A stretch of DNA of 64,000 nt from an uncultured Bacteroidota bacterium (GTDB lineage Bacteria; Bacteroidota; Bacteroidia; Bacteroidales; SZUA-534). The translations under genes were made by a program, and so were the position numbers. The stretch spans positions 11,860-75,859 of the forward strand of contig CAMHPA010000007.1 of NCBI GenBank assembly GCA_946186925.1. Reading direction: 5' to 3'. Below the pieces are notes generated by a model, which did no database searches, was not told the origin of the DNA, and saw only the letters and a program-made list of their open reading frames with translations. This document shows positions 1 through 8,792 of the stretch, piece by piece (within the stretch, counting starts at the first letter, position 1; every line of letters begins with the position of its first letter).

Positions 1-1052
1 GGCTGGTCGGAATCTTTGATTTTTTGCAGCCAAAGACGCTCATTGTCGCGGTCATACATCCGCCTGTAGGCTACGGCTATATTGTATTGGCGGGTAAGCG
101 TGGGCTCGTACTGCAGAGCAGACTTCAACATTTTGATACTGTTGTGAATACAAGTGTTGTACTTCAACTTGTCGTTGTCGTAATACTGATAAGCGTACGC
201 CTCGTAGAATCTTGCTTTAATATCAAAAACCTCCGCCATCGACGCTGAATCGGCCTGGCACAACTCAAAAGCTACTTGCGTATAGTAAAGTACATCATCG
301 CGATACTTCACACTGCTTGCCGACACCCGCGCCAGCGCCTTCACAATGGGCAGACTCGCGAAATTGGACCCATAGGCGGCCATCTGCATAAACTCGTGGG
401 CGCGCTCGGGAATGCTGCAGCACTCGTAGGTGCGGCCAATGTAGAAGAGCAAGGCGGGGGTTTGGTCGCCGTTGCGATAGGCGTCAAGGAAAAGGTCGAG
501 AGCGGGATAGTAGTCTTTCTTGATAAAAAGCGCCCGCCCCAACTGTTTGTTTACCAGTTGGTTGGTCGAGTCAATGCGGCGATAAAGATTGCAGTAGGCC
601 ATTGCGCTGTCGGCTTGCTGATTGCCATTGAAAAATGTGGCAATATCGGTGACAACCGCGGCGTCGAGCGGATTAATGCCGATAATCTGCCGAGCGCACT
701 CAACGCGCAGCGAATCGTCGGCACCCATCTTCTGAAGGCAGTTGTAGCGCAGTTTCAGCGGCTGATAGGTGAGAGTGTCGGCCAGCAGAGTGTCGGTCAG
801 GGCAAGGCATTGGTTGAACTGCCCTCGGCGGAAATTTGTCTGCGCCAGTTTGTACAGCACCGTGTCGTTGAACACCAGCCGCCGCGCCTGCTCGTAGCAG
901 AGCAGCGAGTTGTAGGTGTCGTTCATTCGCGTACACGAGTCGCCGCGGGCCACAAGTGCGGCCGCCTCGATTGTGAGCGGCTCAAAGCGTGTTTGAGCGG
1001 CAGTGGTTGCCGTCAGCGCGAGCGCAAGAAGAATGGTCATTAGTGGTTTCAT
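1..1052 (-). CDS. hypothetical secreted protein with TPR-like helical repeats; 3' end lies outside the window
   Basis: Checked by hand. ATG at complement 1050..1052, and the frame has no stop down to nt 3 (350 codons). N-terminus MKPLMTILLALALTATTAAQ resembles a signal peptide. It is missing from the track because its stop lies beyond the window edge. Track ORF 276..1043 (+) is its antisense shadow. Confidence 0.6.
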   Translation of the reverse strand, partial: MKPLMTILLALALTATTAAQTRFEPLTIEAAALVARGDSCTRMNDTYNSLLCYEQARRLVFNDTVLYKLAQTNFRRGQFNQCLALTDTLLADTLTYQPLKLRYNCLQKMGADDSLRVECARQIIGINPLDAAVVTDIATFFNGNQQADSAMAYCNLYRRIDSTNQLVNKQLGRALFIKKDYYPALDLFLDAYRNGDQTPALLFYIGRTYECCSIPERAHEFMQMAAYGSNFASLPIVKALARVSASSVKYRDDVLYYTQVAFELCQADSASMAEVFDIKARFYEAYAYQYYDNDKLKYNTCIHNSIKMLKSALQYEPTLTRQYNIAVAYRRMYDRDNERLWLQKIKDSDQ

Positions 1053-1056
1053 AAAT

Positions 1057-1110
1057 GTTTAGAGTTAAGGGGTTAGAGTTTAGAAGGTTAAAAGTTTAGA
1101 GTTTAGTTTT
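1057..1110. repeat. intergenic short-word repeat (GTTTAGAG/GTTAAAAG-type units)
   Basis: gtttagagttaaggggttagagtttagaaggttaaaagtttagagtttagtttt. Confidence 0.8.
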
Positions 1111-1133
1111 AAAAAGGCCCGCGCGGGCGGGCC
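1111..1133 (-). terminator. rho-independent-type hairpin after the BlaR1-like gene
   Basis: GGCCCGC (1116-1122) pairs with GCGGGCC (1127-1133) around a 4-nt loop. The A5 run on the + strand gives a T5 tail on the minus strand. Confidence 0.6.
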
Positions 1134-1179
1134 TTGGCATTATGCAAAACGTTGTTGGTTAGTTGATTTGTTAGGAAAA

Positions 1180-2580
1180 TTATTTAAGTTGGAAATTGAT
1201 TGGAACTACATACGAGACGTTGACATTCTGTCCGCTCTGCTTGCCAGGTTTCCATTGCGGCATCGATTTTATAACACGCAAGGCTTCGTTATTAAGGCTT
1301 TCGAACCTTGTGCCATTGACAATCTCTGCATCACGAACGTTTCCTTCTTTGTCAATTACAAACTTTATATAAACTTTGCCTTCTTGCTTTTGAGCTTTTG
1401 CATCTTCAGGATACTGTACGTGCTCCGCAATGTATTTGCGAAGTTCCAACTCACCACCAGGGAATTCGGGCATATCTTCAACCATCATAAAAACCTCATT
1501 TTCGGGAATTTCTCTATTTTCCAATGGTATGGAAATACCTTTCACACCCATCTCGTCGGCAGATAAGCGTCTTACTTTTCCATCGGCCTCTCTAACAAGC
1601 ACGCATTCAGTGCCATCGAGATTGTAGCCTACAAATTTTACACTCCTGTCTTTTGGCAAATACTGCAAGACATTTTTGTCATAAGTGAAATCTTGTGTAT
1701 TTTCGCCTTCGGTTTTTGAGCAGTTGGCGAAAGCGATGGCCGCAAAGGCCGCAATCGGCAGGACATACAGCGCCTTGGCCATTGTCCAGCCTGACGATTT
1801 TTTACGTGACATCATAGTTATTCGATATTTAAGTTTACTGTGATTGAAGCTGTTGGCGATTGAATACCACTTCCCGCCAGCAGCTTTCTTAATTAATAGA
1901 ATTTGATATTGTTTTGCATTAATGCCTGAATCAAGAACGGCCTTGTCGGCCTCGTACTCGTGGACGGCACACAACTCGCGGCGCAGCAGCCACATTGCAG
2001 GGTTGAACCACTGAAGGCAGCAGAACACATCGCACACCAGCACATCGATTGAGTGGCGGCAGCGGATATGCGCCCGCTCGTGGGTGAGAATCTCCTGAAG
2101 GTTCTCATCGTGGTCTTTTCGGTTGATAATGATATATTTAATCCAACTAAACGGTGCCTGCTCATCGTCGGTTATGACCAGAACGGTGCCGTCGGGCAGG
2201 GTTTGGCGCTCACCGCGGCGGATAACGCGCAGCACACCTATTATTGATAGAATCATTCGCAGAAAGCATACGCCAATGCCAGCGTAGAAGGCCACCACAG
2301 CCAGCGCGCGCCAGTCGAGCGAGTGGCTTGCGTCGCCGCCAATAATCACCTCCTCGAGCCAGATAACCGACTGCGACAGTTCGGTGGCTGTTACCGCGTG
2401 GCCAGGCGCCGCGTTGAGCGTAATGTGCCACAAGGGCAGCACAAACGACAGGCCGATTGAGCCCAGAATCAGGTAGCGGTTGGCGCGGTGAAGAGTCTCG
2501 CGACTCATCAACGATTTGAACATCAGGTAGAAAGCAATCAGAAACACCGACACTTTCAGGCTGTAAACAATGGCTTCCAT
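1180..2580 (-). CDS. BlaR1/M56-family membrane metallopeptidase sensor with C-terminal TonB-like domain
   Basis: Multiple N-terminal TM helices, HExxH motif (THERAHIRCRH), and a C-terminal TonB-C-like segment (EDMPEFPGGELELRKYI...VSYVVPINFQLK). It lies 4 nt downstream of a BlaI-like repressor gene. Confidence 0.85.
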   Translation of the reverse strand: MEAIVYSLKVSVFLIAFYLMFKSLMSRETLHRANRYLILGSIGLSFVLPLWHITLNAAPGHAVTATELSQSVIWLEEVIIGGDASHSLDWRALAVVAFYAGIGVCFLRMILSIIGVLRVIRRGERQTLPDGTVLVITDDEQAPFSWIKYIIINRKDHDENLQEILTHERAHIRCRHSIDVLVCDVFCCLQWFNPAMWLLRRELCAVHEYEADKAVLDSGINAKQYQILLIKKAAGGKWYSIANSFNHSKLKYRITMMSRKKSSGWTMAKALYVLPIAAFAAIAFANCSKTEGENTQDFTYDKNVLQYLPKDRSVKFVGYNLDGTECVLVREADGKVRRLSADEMGVKGISIPLENREIPENEVFMMVEDMPEFPGGELELRKYIAEHVQYPEDAKAQKQEGKVYIKFVIDKEGNVRDAEIVNGTRFESLNNEALRVIKSMPQWKPGKQSGQNVNVSYVVPINFQLK

Positions 2581-2584
2581 AACG

Positions 2585-2941
2585 TTACTGTTTTTCGATT
2601 TGACTGATTAATTCTTTCAATTCATCGACCGAGATTTTCTCTTCGCTCACCAGTGCCGAAACGGCGCTGCGGTACGAGTTCTGAAAATATTTGCCGATGA
2701 TTCCGCGCAGCGTCTGCTTGCCGAACTCGTCGCGGCTGACGGCTGCAAAATACTGATACGTAGGCCCGTACGACTTGTGACCGACATAGCCCTTGCTCTC
2801 GAGTGCGCGCACCATAGTTGATATGGTGTTGAAGTGCGGTTTCGGGTCGGGATAGCAGTCCACCAGGTCGCGGACAAACATCGGCCCGTGCTCCCAAAAC
2901 AGGTTCATCACTTCTTCTTCTTTTTTGGTAATCTTTTCCAT
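2585..2941 (-). CDS. BlaI/MecI/CopY-family transcriptional repressor
   Basis: 118 aa with a winged-helix N-terminus (EEEVMNLFWEHGPMFVRDLV...TISTMVRALESKGYV). Paired with the M56 sensor gene. Confidence 0.85.
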   Translation of the reverse strand: MEKITKKEEEVMNLFWEHGPMFVRDLVDCYPDPKPHFNTISTMVRALESKGYVGHKSYGPTYQYFAAVSRDEFGKQTLRGIIGKYFQNSYRSAVSALVSEEKISVDELKELISQIEKQ

Positions 2942-2953
2942 AGTTTTATGTTT

Positions 2954-3011
2954 AATCGGTGAATCGGTTAGAAGGTTAGAAGTTTAAAAGGTTAAAGGTT
3001 TAGAAGTTTAG
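2954..3011. repeat. intergenic short-word repeat (GAATCGGT then GGTTAGAA/GTTTAAAA-type units)
   Basis: aatcggtgaatcggttagaaggttagaagtttaaaaggttaaaggtttagaagtttag. Confidence 0.8.
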
Positions 3012-3046
3012 CGCTTCGCCTAACGGGTTTAAACGTTTAACCGGTT

Positions 3047-3074
3047 GTAGAGACGTGGCGCGCCGCGTCTCTAC
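3047..3074. repeat. 28-bp near-perfect palindrome GTAGAGACGTGGCGCGCCGCGTCTCTAC (copy 1)
   Basis: 9-bp arms GTAGAGACG and CGTCTCTAC surround TGGCGCGCCG, which contains GGCGCGCC. The only non-Watson-Crick position is a T/G pair. Identical to 36614..36641. Confidence 0.9.
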
Positions 3075-3208
3075 TGTCTCTGCCAACACCCTTCACCGCA
3101 ATCTTTTCAAATAACCGATAGCAAATATAACTATAAAAATATTACGTGCAACTATTTTTTATAGTTGAGTAAAAGATTTTTTTAGTGAAAGAAATAATAA
3201 TCGCACAG

Positions 3209-3226
3209 TCCCGATAGTCATCGGGA
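3209..3226. repeat. palindrome TCCCGAT-AGTC-ATCGGGA (copy 1 of 3, variant centre)
   Basis: 7-bp arms are identical to those of the 27079 and 37235 copies. CACAG occurs on both flanks. Confidence 0.8.
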
Positions 3227-3450
3227 ACACAGAACACACAGATTTACACAGGTTTTATCCATCAGATTCCATCAGAATAAAACAACTGTCGGATTAAATC
3301 GGGTTGAATCGGTTAGCGCACAGGCAATACCAAACCGCAAACGGAACGCCATTATATTATATGTGTCCATAACCGCCTGAACTTCCGCATTTTTCCGTTC
3401 GTCACTAAGATATTAACAATCGCCCCCGAAAAATGCGATTTATCAACAAT

Positions 3451-3490
3451 GGTGTAAAAAAGTGGGTAAAAGTGTATCGAAGTGGGAATT
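3451..3490 (+). promoter_or_regulatory. candidate MraZ operator: four GTG(G/T)-type boxes at exact 10-bp spacing
   Basis: The sequence reads GGTGTAAAAA AGTGGGTAAA AGTGTATCGA AGTGGGAATT and ends 34 nt upstream of the mraZ ATG. This matches the described MraZ-box architecture of phased GTG-containing direct repeats. Confidence 0.6.
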
Positions 3491-3523
3491 TTCAGTTTAT
3501 TTTGCAATGTTCAAACGTTTGAT

Positions 3524-3985
3524 ATGGCAAATTTTATAGGCGATTACAATTGCAAGGTTGACGCGAAAGGGCGAATCTTGTTCCCGGCGGGGCTCAAAAA
3601 GCAGCTCGACGCCGACGGTAATGGCTTTGTAATCAAGAAGGATTTGTTCGAACAATGTTTGGTAATGTACACTTCGAAAGAGTGGGAACGCCAAAACGAA
3701 ATCATCCGCAGCCAAATCAATCCGTTCAACAAGGAACACAACCGATTCCTGCGCGGATTCTACCGCGGAACGGCCGAAATCGAACTCGACAACAACGGCC
3801 GTCTGCTGCTTCCGAAGCGCCTGCTCGACGAAGCCGGAATCGACAAGGACATTGTTCTGTCGGGGCAGGACACCAAGATTGAATTATGGTCGGAAAGCAA
3901 ATACAACGCTATGGCGGAAGACGAGAACGAATTTGCCGCTCTGGCCGAAAAGATAATGATAGGTTCGTCAAATGCGGGGGTGTAA
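3524..3985 (+). CDS. mraZ: transcriptional regulator MraZ
   Basis: MANFIGDYNCKVDAKGRILFPAGLKKQL is a canonical MraZ N-terminus, with a second repeat (DNNGRLLLPKRL). The track start at 3482 is a GTG inside the operator, so I trimmed to the ATG at 3524. Confidence 0.9.
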   Translation: MANFIGDYNCKVDAKGRILFPAGLKKQLDADGNGFVIKKDLFEQCLVMYTSKEWERQNEIIRSQINPFNKEHNRFLRGFYRGTAEIELDNNGRLLLPKRLLDEAGIDKDIVLSGQDTKIELWSESKYNAMAEDENEFAALAEKIMIGSSNAGV

Positions 3986-4885
3986 ATGGAAGCATATCAC
4001 ACACCGGTCTTGCTCAAAGAGAGTGTTGACGGACTGAAAATCAATCCATCAGGGGTTTATGCCGACTGTACTTTCGGTGGTGGCGGCCACTCGCGCGAGA
4101 TTCTGTCGCGGCTGGGTGCCAACGGCCGGCTGATTGCTTTCGACCAAGACGCCGAAGCCCTTGCCAACCGCCCCGACGACAACCGCCTGACGCTGGTTCA
4201 CGGCAATTTCAAATACTTGAGCAACTATCTGCGCTTTGAAGGCGCGCCGCAGGTTGACGGCATTCTGGCCGACCTGGGCGTTTCGGGCCACCACTTCGAC
4301 AGTGAGACGCGCGGTTTCTCGTTCCGTTTCGACAGCGAGCTGGATATGCGAATGAACCAACAGGCCGACTTCTCGGCACAGGATATTGTGAACGACTACT
4401 CGGTTGACCAACTGGCGTCGATATTCAGAATGTACGGCGAGCTTGACAACGCCGGACGTGTGGCGTGGCTGATTGACGGCTATCGCAAAAGCAAGAGAAT
4501 CAAAACCATAGGCGAACTGAAAGACGCCATCGCGCAAGCGACACCGCAAAAGGCCGCAACAAAATTCCTGGCAAAGGTGTTTCAGGCGCTGCGCATCGAG
4601 GTGAACCACGAAATGGACGCTCTGCGCGAAATGCTTGAGCAGACGGCGAGCGTGATTAAACCGGGCGGACGGCTGGTGGTCATCACCTACCACTCGCTCG
4701 AAGACCGGCTGGTGAAAAACTATATGAAAAACGGCAAGTTCGACGGACAGGCTGAGAAGGATTTGTTTGGAAATGTGAATGTTCCGTTCAAAATGGAAAG
4801 CAAGGTGATTGTGCCCGACGATCGCGAGCTGGAAGAAAACAGCCGGTCGCGAAGCGCAAAATTGAGAATTGCGGAACGCAAATAA
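3986..4885 (+). CDS. rsmH: 16S rRNA (cytosine1402-N4)-methyltransferase RsmH
   Basis: HTPVLLKE and FGGGGHS motifs. Second gene of the dcw cluster. Confidence 0.95.
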   Translation: MEAYHTPVLLKESVDGLKINPSGVYADCTFGGGGHSREILSRLGANGRLIAFDQDAEALANRPDDNRLTLVHGNFKYLSNYLRFEGAPQVDGILADLGVSGHHFDSETRGFSFRFDSELDMRMNQQADFSAQDIVNDYSVDQLASIFRMYGELDNAGRVAWLIDGYRKSKRIKTIGELKDAIAQATPQKAATKFLAKVFQALRIEVNHEMDALREMLEQTASVIKPGGRLVVITYHSLEDRLVKNYMKNGKFDGQAEKDLFGNVNVPFKMESKVIVPDDRELEENSRSRSAKLRIAERK

Positions 4886-4892
4886 GACAGGT

Positions 4893-5225
4893 ATGGCGAA
4901 GACGAAAGGGAAAATATCAATTCGTAACTTGATGAACGGCAAGTTTTTAAGCAGGGAAGGTTTCCTTGACCAATTGCCATTCATCCTTTACCTGACGTTT
5001 CTGGGGCTGGTTTACATCACCAACCACTTCAACGCCGAGAAGGTGCTTCGCGAGACGCAAAAGCTTGAAAAAGAGTTGCATGAGATGCGCGCCGAATCGA
5101 TTACCCGCACATCGATTCTGATGGATAACAGCAAGCAGTCGAAGGTAGCGGAACGCGTGAAAGAGCGGAATTTGGGACTTGAAGAGGCGATAACACCGCC
5201 GCAACAAATAATTGTGGATAGATAA
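4893..5225 (+). CDS. FtsL-like cell division protein
   Basis: Small bitopic protein with one TM helix (LPFILYLTFLGLVYI) followed by a coiled coil. It sits between rsmH and ftsI. Start taken at ATG 4893 (MAKTKGK) rather than the track start, which overlaps rsmH. Confidence 0.7.
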   Translation: MAKTKGKISIRNLMNGKFLSREGFLDQLPFILYLTFLGLVYITNHFNAEKVLRETQKLEKELHEMRAESITRTSILMDNSKQSKVAERVKERNLGLEEAITPPQQIIVDR

Positions 5226-7336
5226 TGGCAGACAACAACATTAAAACGGGTATCGAAAAGAGGTTCGGGATAGTGTATGTGTTTGCTATCTTGTTCGCAG
5301 TATGCATTTTAGGACGAATTGTCTGGCTCAACGTGTGGCAGCACGACAAGTGGGTGGCCCGCATCAACGAGTCGCAGCGTGAGGTGGCCATTGAGCCCAA
5401 CCGCGGCGACATCTGCGCAAGCGACGGCGTGAGCATTTTAGCCACATCAATTCCCTACTACGACGTACGTTTCGACACCAAGGCCGTGAACAGCGATGTT
5501 TTCCGTGAGAATCTTGACTCGCTGTCGTTGCGATTGTCGAGGTTGTTTAAAGATAAGAGTGCCTATGAGTACAAGACAGCGCTTGTGGCGGCACGCAACC
5601 GCGGCGACCGCTACTATCTGGTTCGCCGTCGTGTCAATTATGTGCAGCTCAAAGAGTTGAAGACTTTTCCTCTGTTCCGTTTGGGACAGTACAAGGGCGG
5701 CGTCATTTATGTGAAGGAAAACCGCAGGGTGCGCCCTTACGAGTCGCTGGCGGCGCGCACCATTGGATATGAGGGGCAAGGTGGAGTAAAGGTGGGTATT
5801 GAAGGTGCTTTCGACAAAGAGCTGTCGGGCGAGAAGGGCTACTTCATCGGGCAGCGCATCCCGGGCGGATTCTACGTGCCCATCAGCGACGAGAGCCAAG
5901 TGGACCCGAAAGACGGCTACGACATCATCACAACCATCGACATAAACATTCAGGACGTGGCTCACAGCGCGCTTGAGAACCAGTTGAAGAAACACGGCGC
6001 AAAATACGGCACGGCCATCTTGATGGAAGTGGCCACGGGCGACATCAAAGCCATTGTAAATCTGACAAAAGACGATGTGACCGGCCGCTACAATGAGGCC
6101 TACAACTATGCTGTGGGAACACGCACTGAGCCGGGCTCGACCATAAAGCTGGCATCGTTAATGGCGGGACTCGAAGACGGATATTTCGACCTTGATGATT
6201 CGGTGGATACTGGCAACGGCAAATGGAAAATCTATGACCATACGATCTCAGACACCAAACCGCACGGAAAAATATCTGTAAAAGAAGTACTTGAAGTGTC
6301 GTCGAATGTTGGTGTGGCCAAGCTGATAACCGAGCATTACAGCAAGGATCCGCGGAAATTTGTGAACCGTCTGCGCAATATGTCGCTTGATGCACCACTT
6401 GACATTGATATTCAGGGCGGTCGCAACGGCTATGTAAAAGACCCTGACGACAAATTGTGGTCGGGAGTGTCACTGGCGCAGATGGCCTATGGCTACGAAA
6501 CCGAATTCACGCCGCTCAACATTCTGACGTTCTACAACGCGGTGGCCAACAACGGCAAGATGATGCGGCCGCGCTTTGTGAAGGCGGTGATGGACCGCGG
6601 AAAGACGGTGCGCACCATCCCGACAGAGGTTATAAACCCGAGCATCTGCTCGCGCGAGACCATCCGCAAGGCGCAGGAGATGCTGTGCGGCGTGGTTGAG
6701 AACGGCACGGCAAAAAATATGCGCAACTCGAGCTACCAAATTGCCGGCAAGACTGGAACTGCACAGCTGAACCACAACGGAACATACAAGTATCAGGGCC
6801 GCGTGGCCTATCAGGCTTCGTTCTGCGGATATTTCCCCGCTGACGACCCGAAATACTCGTGCATTGTGGTTGTGAACGCCCCGACAAGCGGCGTCTATAC
6901 GGGCAACTGGGCGGCTGGTCCGGTGTTCAAAGAGATTGCCGACAAGGTTTATTCAACCCAACTTAATCTGCACAAAGACAAGCAGATGATTCCGCTGGCC
7001 GAAGCCAAAGACCGCGTGCCCGTGTCGAAGAGCGGCTACTACATAGAGACGAAATATGTGATTGACAAACTCGACGTGCCGTTTGAGTTTGCTGGCAGCA
7101 AATCGGAATGGGTGAGCACCAACAAAACCGACTCGACGATAAAGATTTCGAGCCGCACAATTACCCAAAACACAGTGCCTTACGTGATTGGAATGGGTGC
7201 GAAAGACGCCATTTTCATTCTTGAGAACGCGGGAATGTCGGTGTCGATTGTAGGACGCGGAATGGTGACGCAACAGTCGCTGCGGGCTGGCGATGTTTTT
7301 AGAAAAGGCGATAAGATAATTTTAACTCTATCATAA
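5225..7336 (+). CDS. ftsI: class B penicillin-binding protein (FtsI/PBP3-like) with C-terminal PASTA domain
   Basis: Transpeptidase motifs STIK, SSN and KTGTA. PASTA-like C-terminus. TAATG overlaps at both junctions. Confidence 0.92.
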   Translation: MADNNIKTGIEKRFGIVYVFAILFAVCILGRIVWLNVWQHDKWVARINESQREVAIEPNRGDICASDGVSILATSIPYYDVRFDTKAVNSDVFRENLDSLSLRLSRLFKDKSAYEYKTALVAARNRGDRYYLVRRRVNYVQLKELKTFPLFRLGQYKGGVIYVKENRRVRPYESLAARTIGYEGQGGVKVGIEGAFDKELSGEKGYFIGQRIPGGFYVPISDESQVDPKDGYDIITTIDINIQDVAHSALENQLKKHGAKYGTAILMEVATGDIKAIVNLTKDDVTGRYNEAYNYAVGTRTEPGSTIKLASLMAGLEDGYFDLDDSVDTGNGKWKIYDHTISDTKPHGKISVKEVLEVSSNVGVAKLITEHYSKDPRKFVNRLRNMSLDAPLDIDIQGGRNGYVKDPDDKLWSGVSLAQMAYGYETEFTPLNILTFYNAVANNGKMMRPRFVKAVMDRGKTVRTIPTEVINPSICSRETIRKAQEMLCGVVENGTAKNMRNSSYQIAGKTGTAQLNHNGTYKYQGRVAYQASFCGYFPADDPKYSCIVVVNAPTSGVYTGNWAAGPVFKEIADKVYSTQLNLHKDKQMIPLAEAKDRVPVSKSGYYIETKYVIDKLDVPFEFAGSKSEWVSTNKTDSTIKISSRTITQNTVPYVIGMGAKDAIFILENAGMSVSIVGRGMVTQQSLRAGDVFRKGDKIILTLS

Positions 7337-8790
7337 TGGAACTCAATAAGTTATTTGAAGATATAAAGGTTAAGCAGTGGATTGGCGACAAGAACGTCAC
7401 CATTTCGGACATTGCCGCCGACTCACGCAAAGTGCAGAAAAACAGTCTGTTCATTGCCGTGCGCGGTGTGAACATCGACGGACACCAATTTATTGGGCAG
7501 GTGGTTGATGCTGGCGCATCGGTTGTGGTGTGCGAGGAAGCGCCTGAAAACAAACCGAAAAGCGTGCTATTTGTGGTTGTCGAGAACTCGGCAATCGCAC
7601 TCGGGCAACTGGCTTCGAACTGGTACGGACGGCCGTCGGAAAACCTGAAACTGGTGGGCATCACGGGCACCAACGGCAAGACCACAACCGTGACTCTGCT
7701 GCACCGAATGGCAACGCAACTGGGCTACAAGGCTGGCCTGCTCTCGACGGTGCGCAACATTGTGGGCACACGCGAGGTTGAGGCCACACAGACAACGCCC
7801 GACCCGCTGCAACTGCACCGCCTGCTGGCAGAAATGGTCGAGATTGGCTGCGACTACTGCTTTATGGAAGTGAGTTCGCACGCCGCACATCAGCACCGCA
7901 TTGCAGGGCTGAAGTTTGCGGGTGCCATCTTCTCGAACCTGACGCAAGACCATCTGGACTATCACAAGACCTTTGCCGACTACCGCGACGCGAAGAAAAT
8001 GTTCTTCGACGGACTTGGCGCCGACGCCTTCGCGCTTGTGAACGCCGACGACCGCAACGGCCTGTTTATGCTGCAGAACTGCGCCGCAAGCAAGCACACC
8101 TACGCGCTGCAGAAAATGGCCGATTTCCGCGCCAAAGTGCTGGAATCGAGTTTCGAAGGAATGCAACTCGAGATTGACGGCGTTGAGGTTTGGACAAGTT
8201 TCGTGGGCCGATTCAACGCCTACAACCTGCTGGCGGTTTACTCGGCTTCGGTTCTTTTGGGCTTTGACAAGACCGAAGTGCTGACCGTTTTGAGCAAACT
8301 GGGCTCGGTTGACGGACGGTTCCAATGCCTGCGCTCGAAAAGCGGCAAAACGGCCATTGTGGACTACGCTCACACACCCGATGCTATTGAGAATGTGCTG
8401 AATACGATAAAAAATGTTACCGACGGCAACCATCAAATAATAACCGTGACGGGTGCTGGCGGCAACCGCGACAAAACCAAGCGCCCGATTATGGCGGCCA
8501 TTGCCACCGAGTTGAGCGACAAGGTGATACTGACGTCGGACAATCCGCGCAACGAGCGCCCCGAAGACATCATCGCCGATATGAAGGCTGGCGTGCAACC
8601 CGCTTACGCACAGCGTGTTCTGTGCATCACCGACCGCACCGAGGCCATCCGCACGGCGTGTATGCTGGCGCAGACGGGCGATGTGGTGCTGGTGGCTGGC
8701 AAGGGGCACGAGACCTATCAGGAAGTGAACGGCGTGAAACACCATTTTGACGACCGCGAAGTGATTAAACAAATTTTTGACGAGGAATAA
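7336..8790 (+). CDS. murE: UDP-N-acetylmuramoyl-tripeptide synthetase MurE
   Basis: Mur ligase P-loop GITGTNGKTT plus dcw position. Confidence 0.93.
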   Translation: MELNKLFEDIKVKQWIGDKNVTISDIAADSRKVQKNSLFIAVRGVNIDGHQFIGQVVDAGASVVVCEEAPENKPKSVLFVVVENSAIALGQLASNWYGRPSENLKLVGITGTNGKTTTVTLLHRMATQLGYKAGLLSTVRNIVGTREVEATQTTPDPLQLHRLLAEMVEIGCDYCFMEVSSHAAHQHRIAGLKFAGAIFSNLTQDHLDYHKTFADYRDAKKMFFDGLGADAFALVNADDRNGLFMLQNCAASKHTYALQKMADFRAKVLESSFEGMQLEIDGVEVWTSFVGRFNAYNLLAVYSASVLLGFDKTEVLTVLSKLGSVDGRFQCLRSKSGKTAIVDYAHTPDAIENVLNTIKNVTDGNHQIITVTGAGGNRDKTKRPIMAAIATELSDKVILTSDNPRNERPEDIIADMKAGVQPAYAQRVLCITDRTEAIRTACMLAQTGDVVLVAGKGHETYQEVNGVKHHFDDREVIKQIFDEE

Positions 8791-8792
8791 AG

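Noticed and set aside
276-1043. Track ORF of 255 aa on the + strand
   Set aside because: Its sequence is low-complexity and rich in Arg, Gly, Ala and Val, typical of an antisense frame. The opposite strand carries an uninterrupted 350-codon ORF with a signal peptide that runs off the window edge.
3482-3523. N-terminal extensions of track ORFs: mraZ 3482, ybbR-like 26613, kdsD 29869, recQ 29952, mazG-like 32272, topB 41732, rpsJ 51370, secY 60503, mutS2 39788
   Set aside because: In each case an internal ATG yields the canonical family N-terminus. The extensions also run into an operator, a terminator or a neighbouring gene.
5208-5216. DnaA-box-like TGTGGATAG, and TTATCCATC at about 3254, as hints of an origin
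   Set aside because: These are single, imperfect, isolated boxes. One is inside coding sequence, and there is no cluster and no AT-rich unwinding element.
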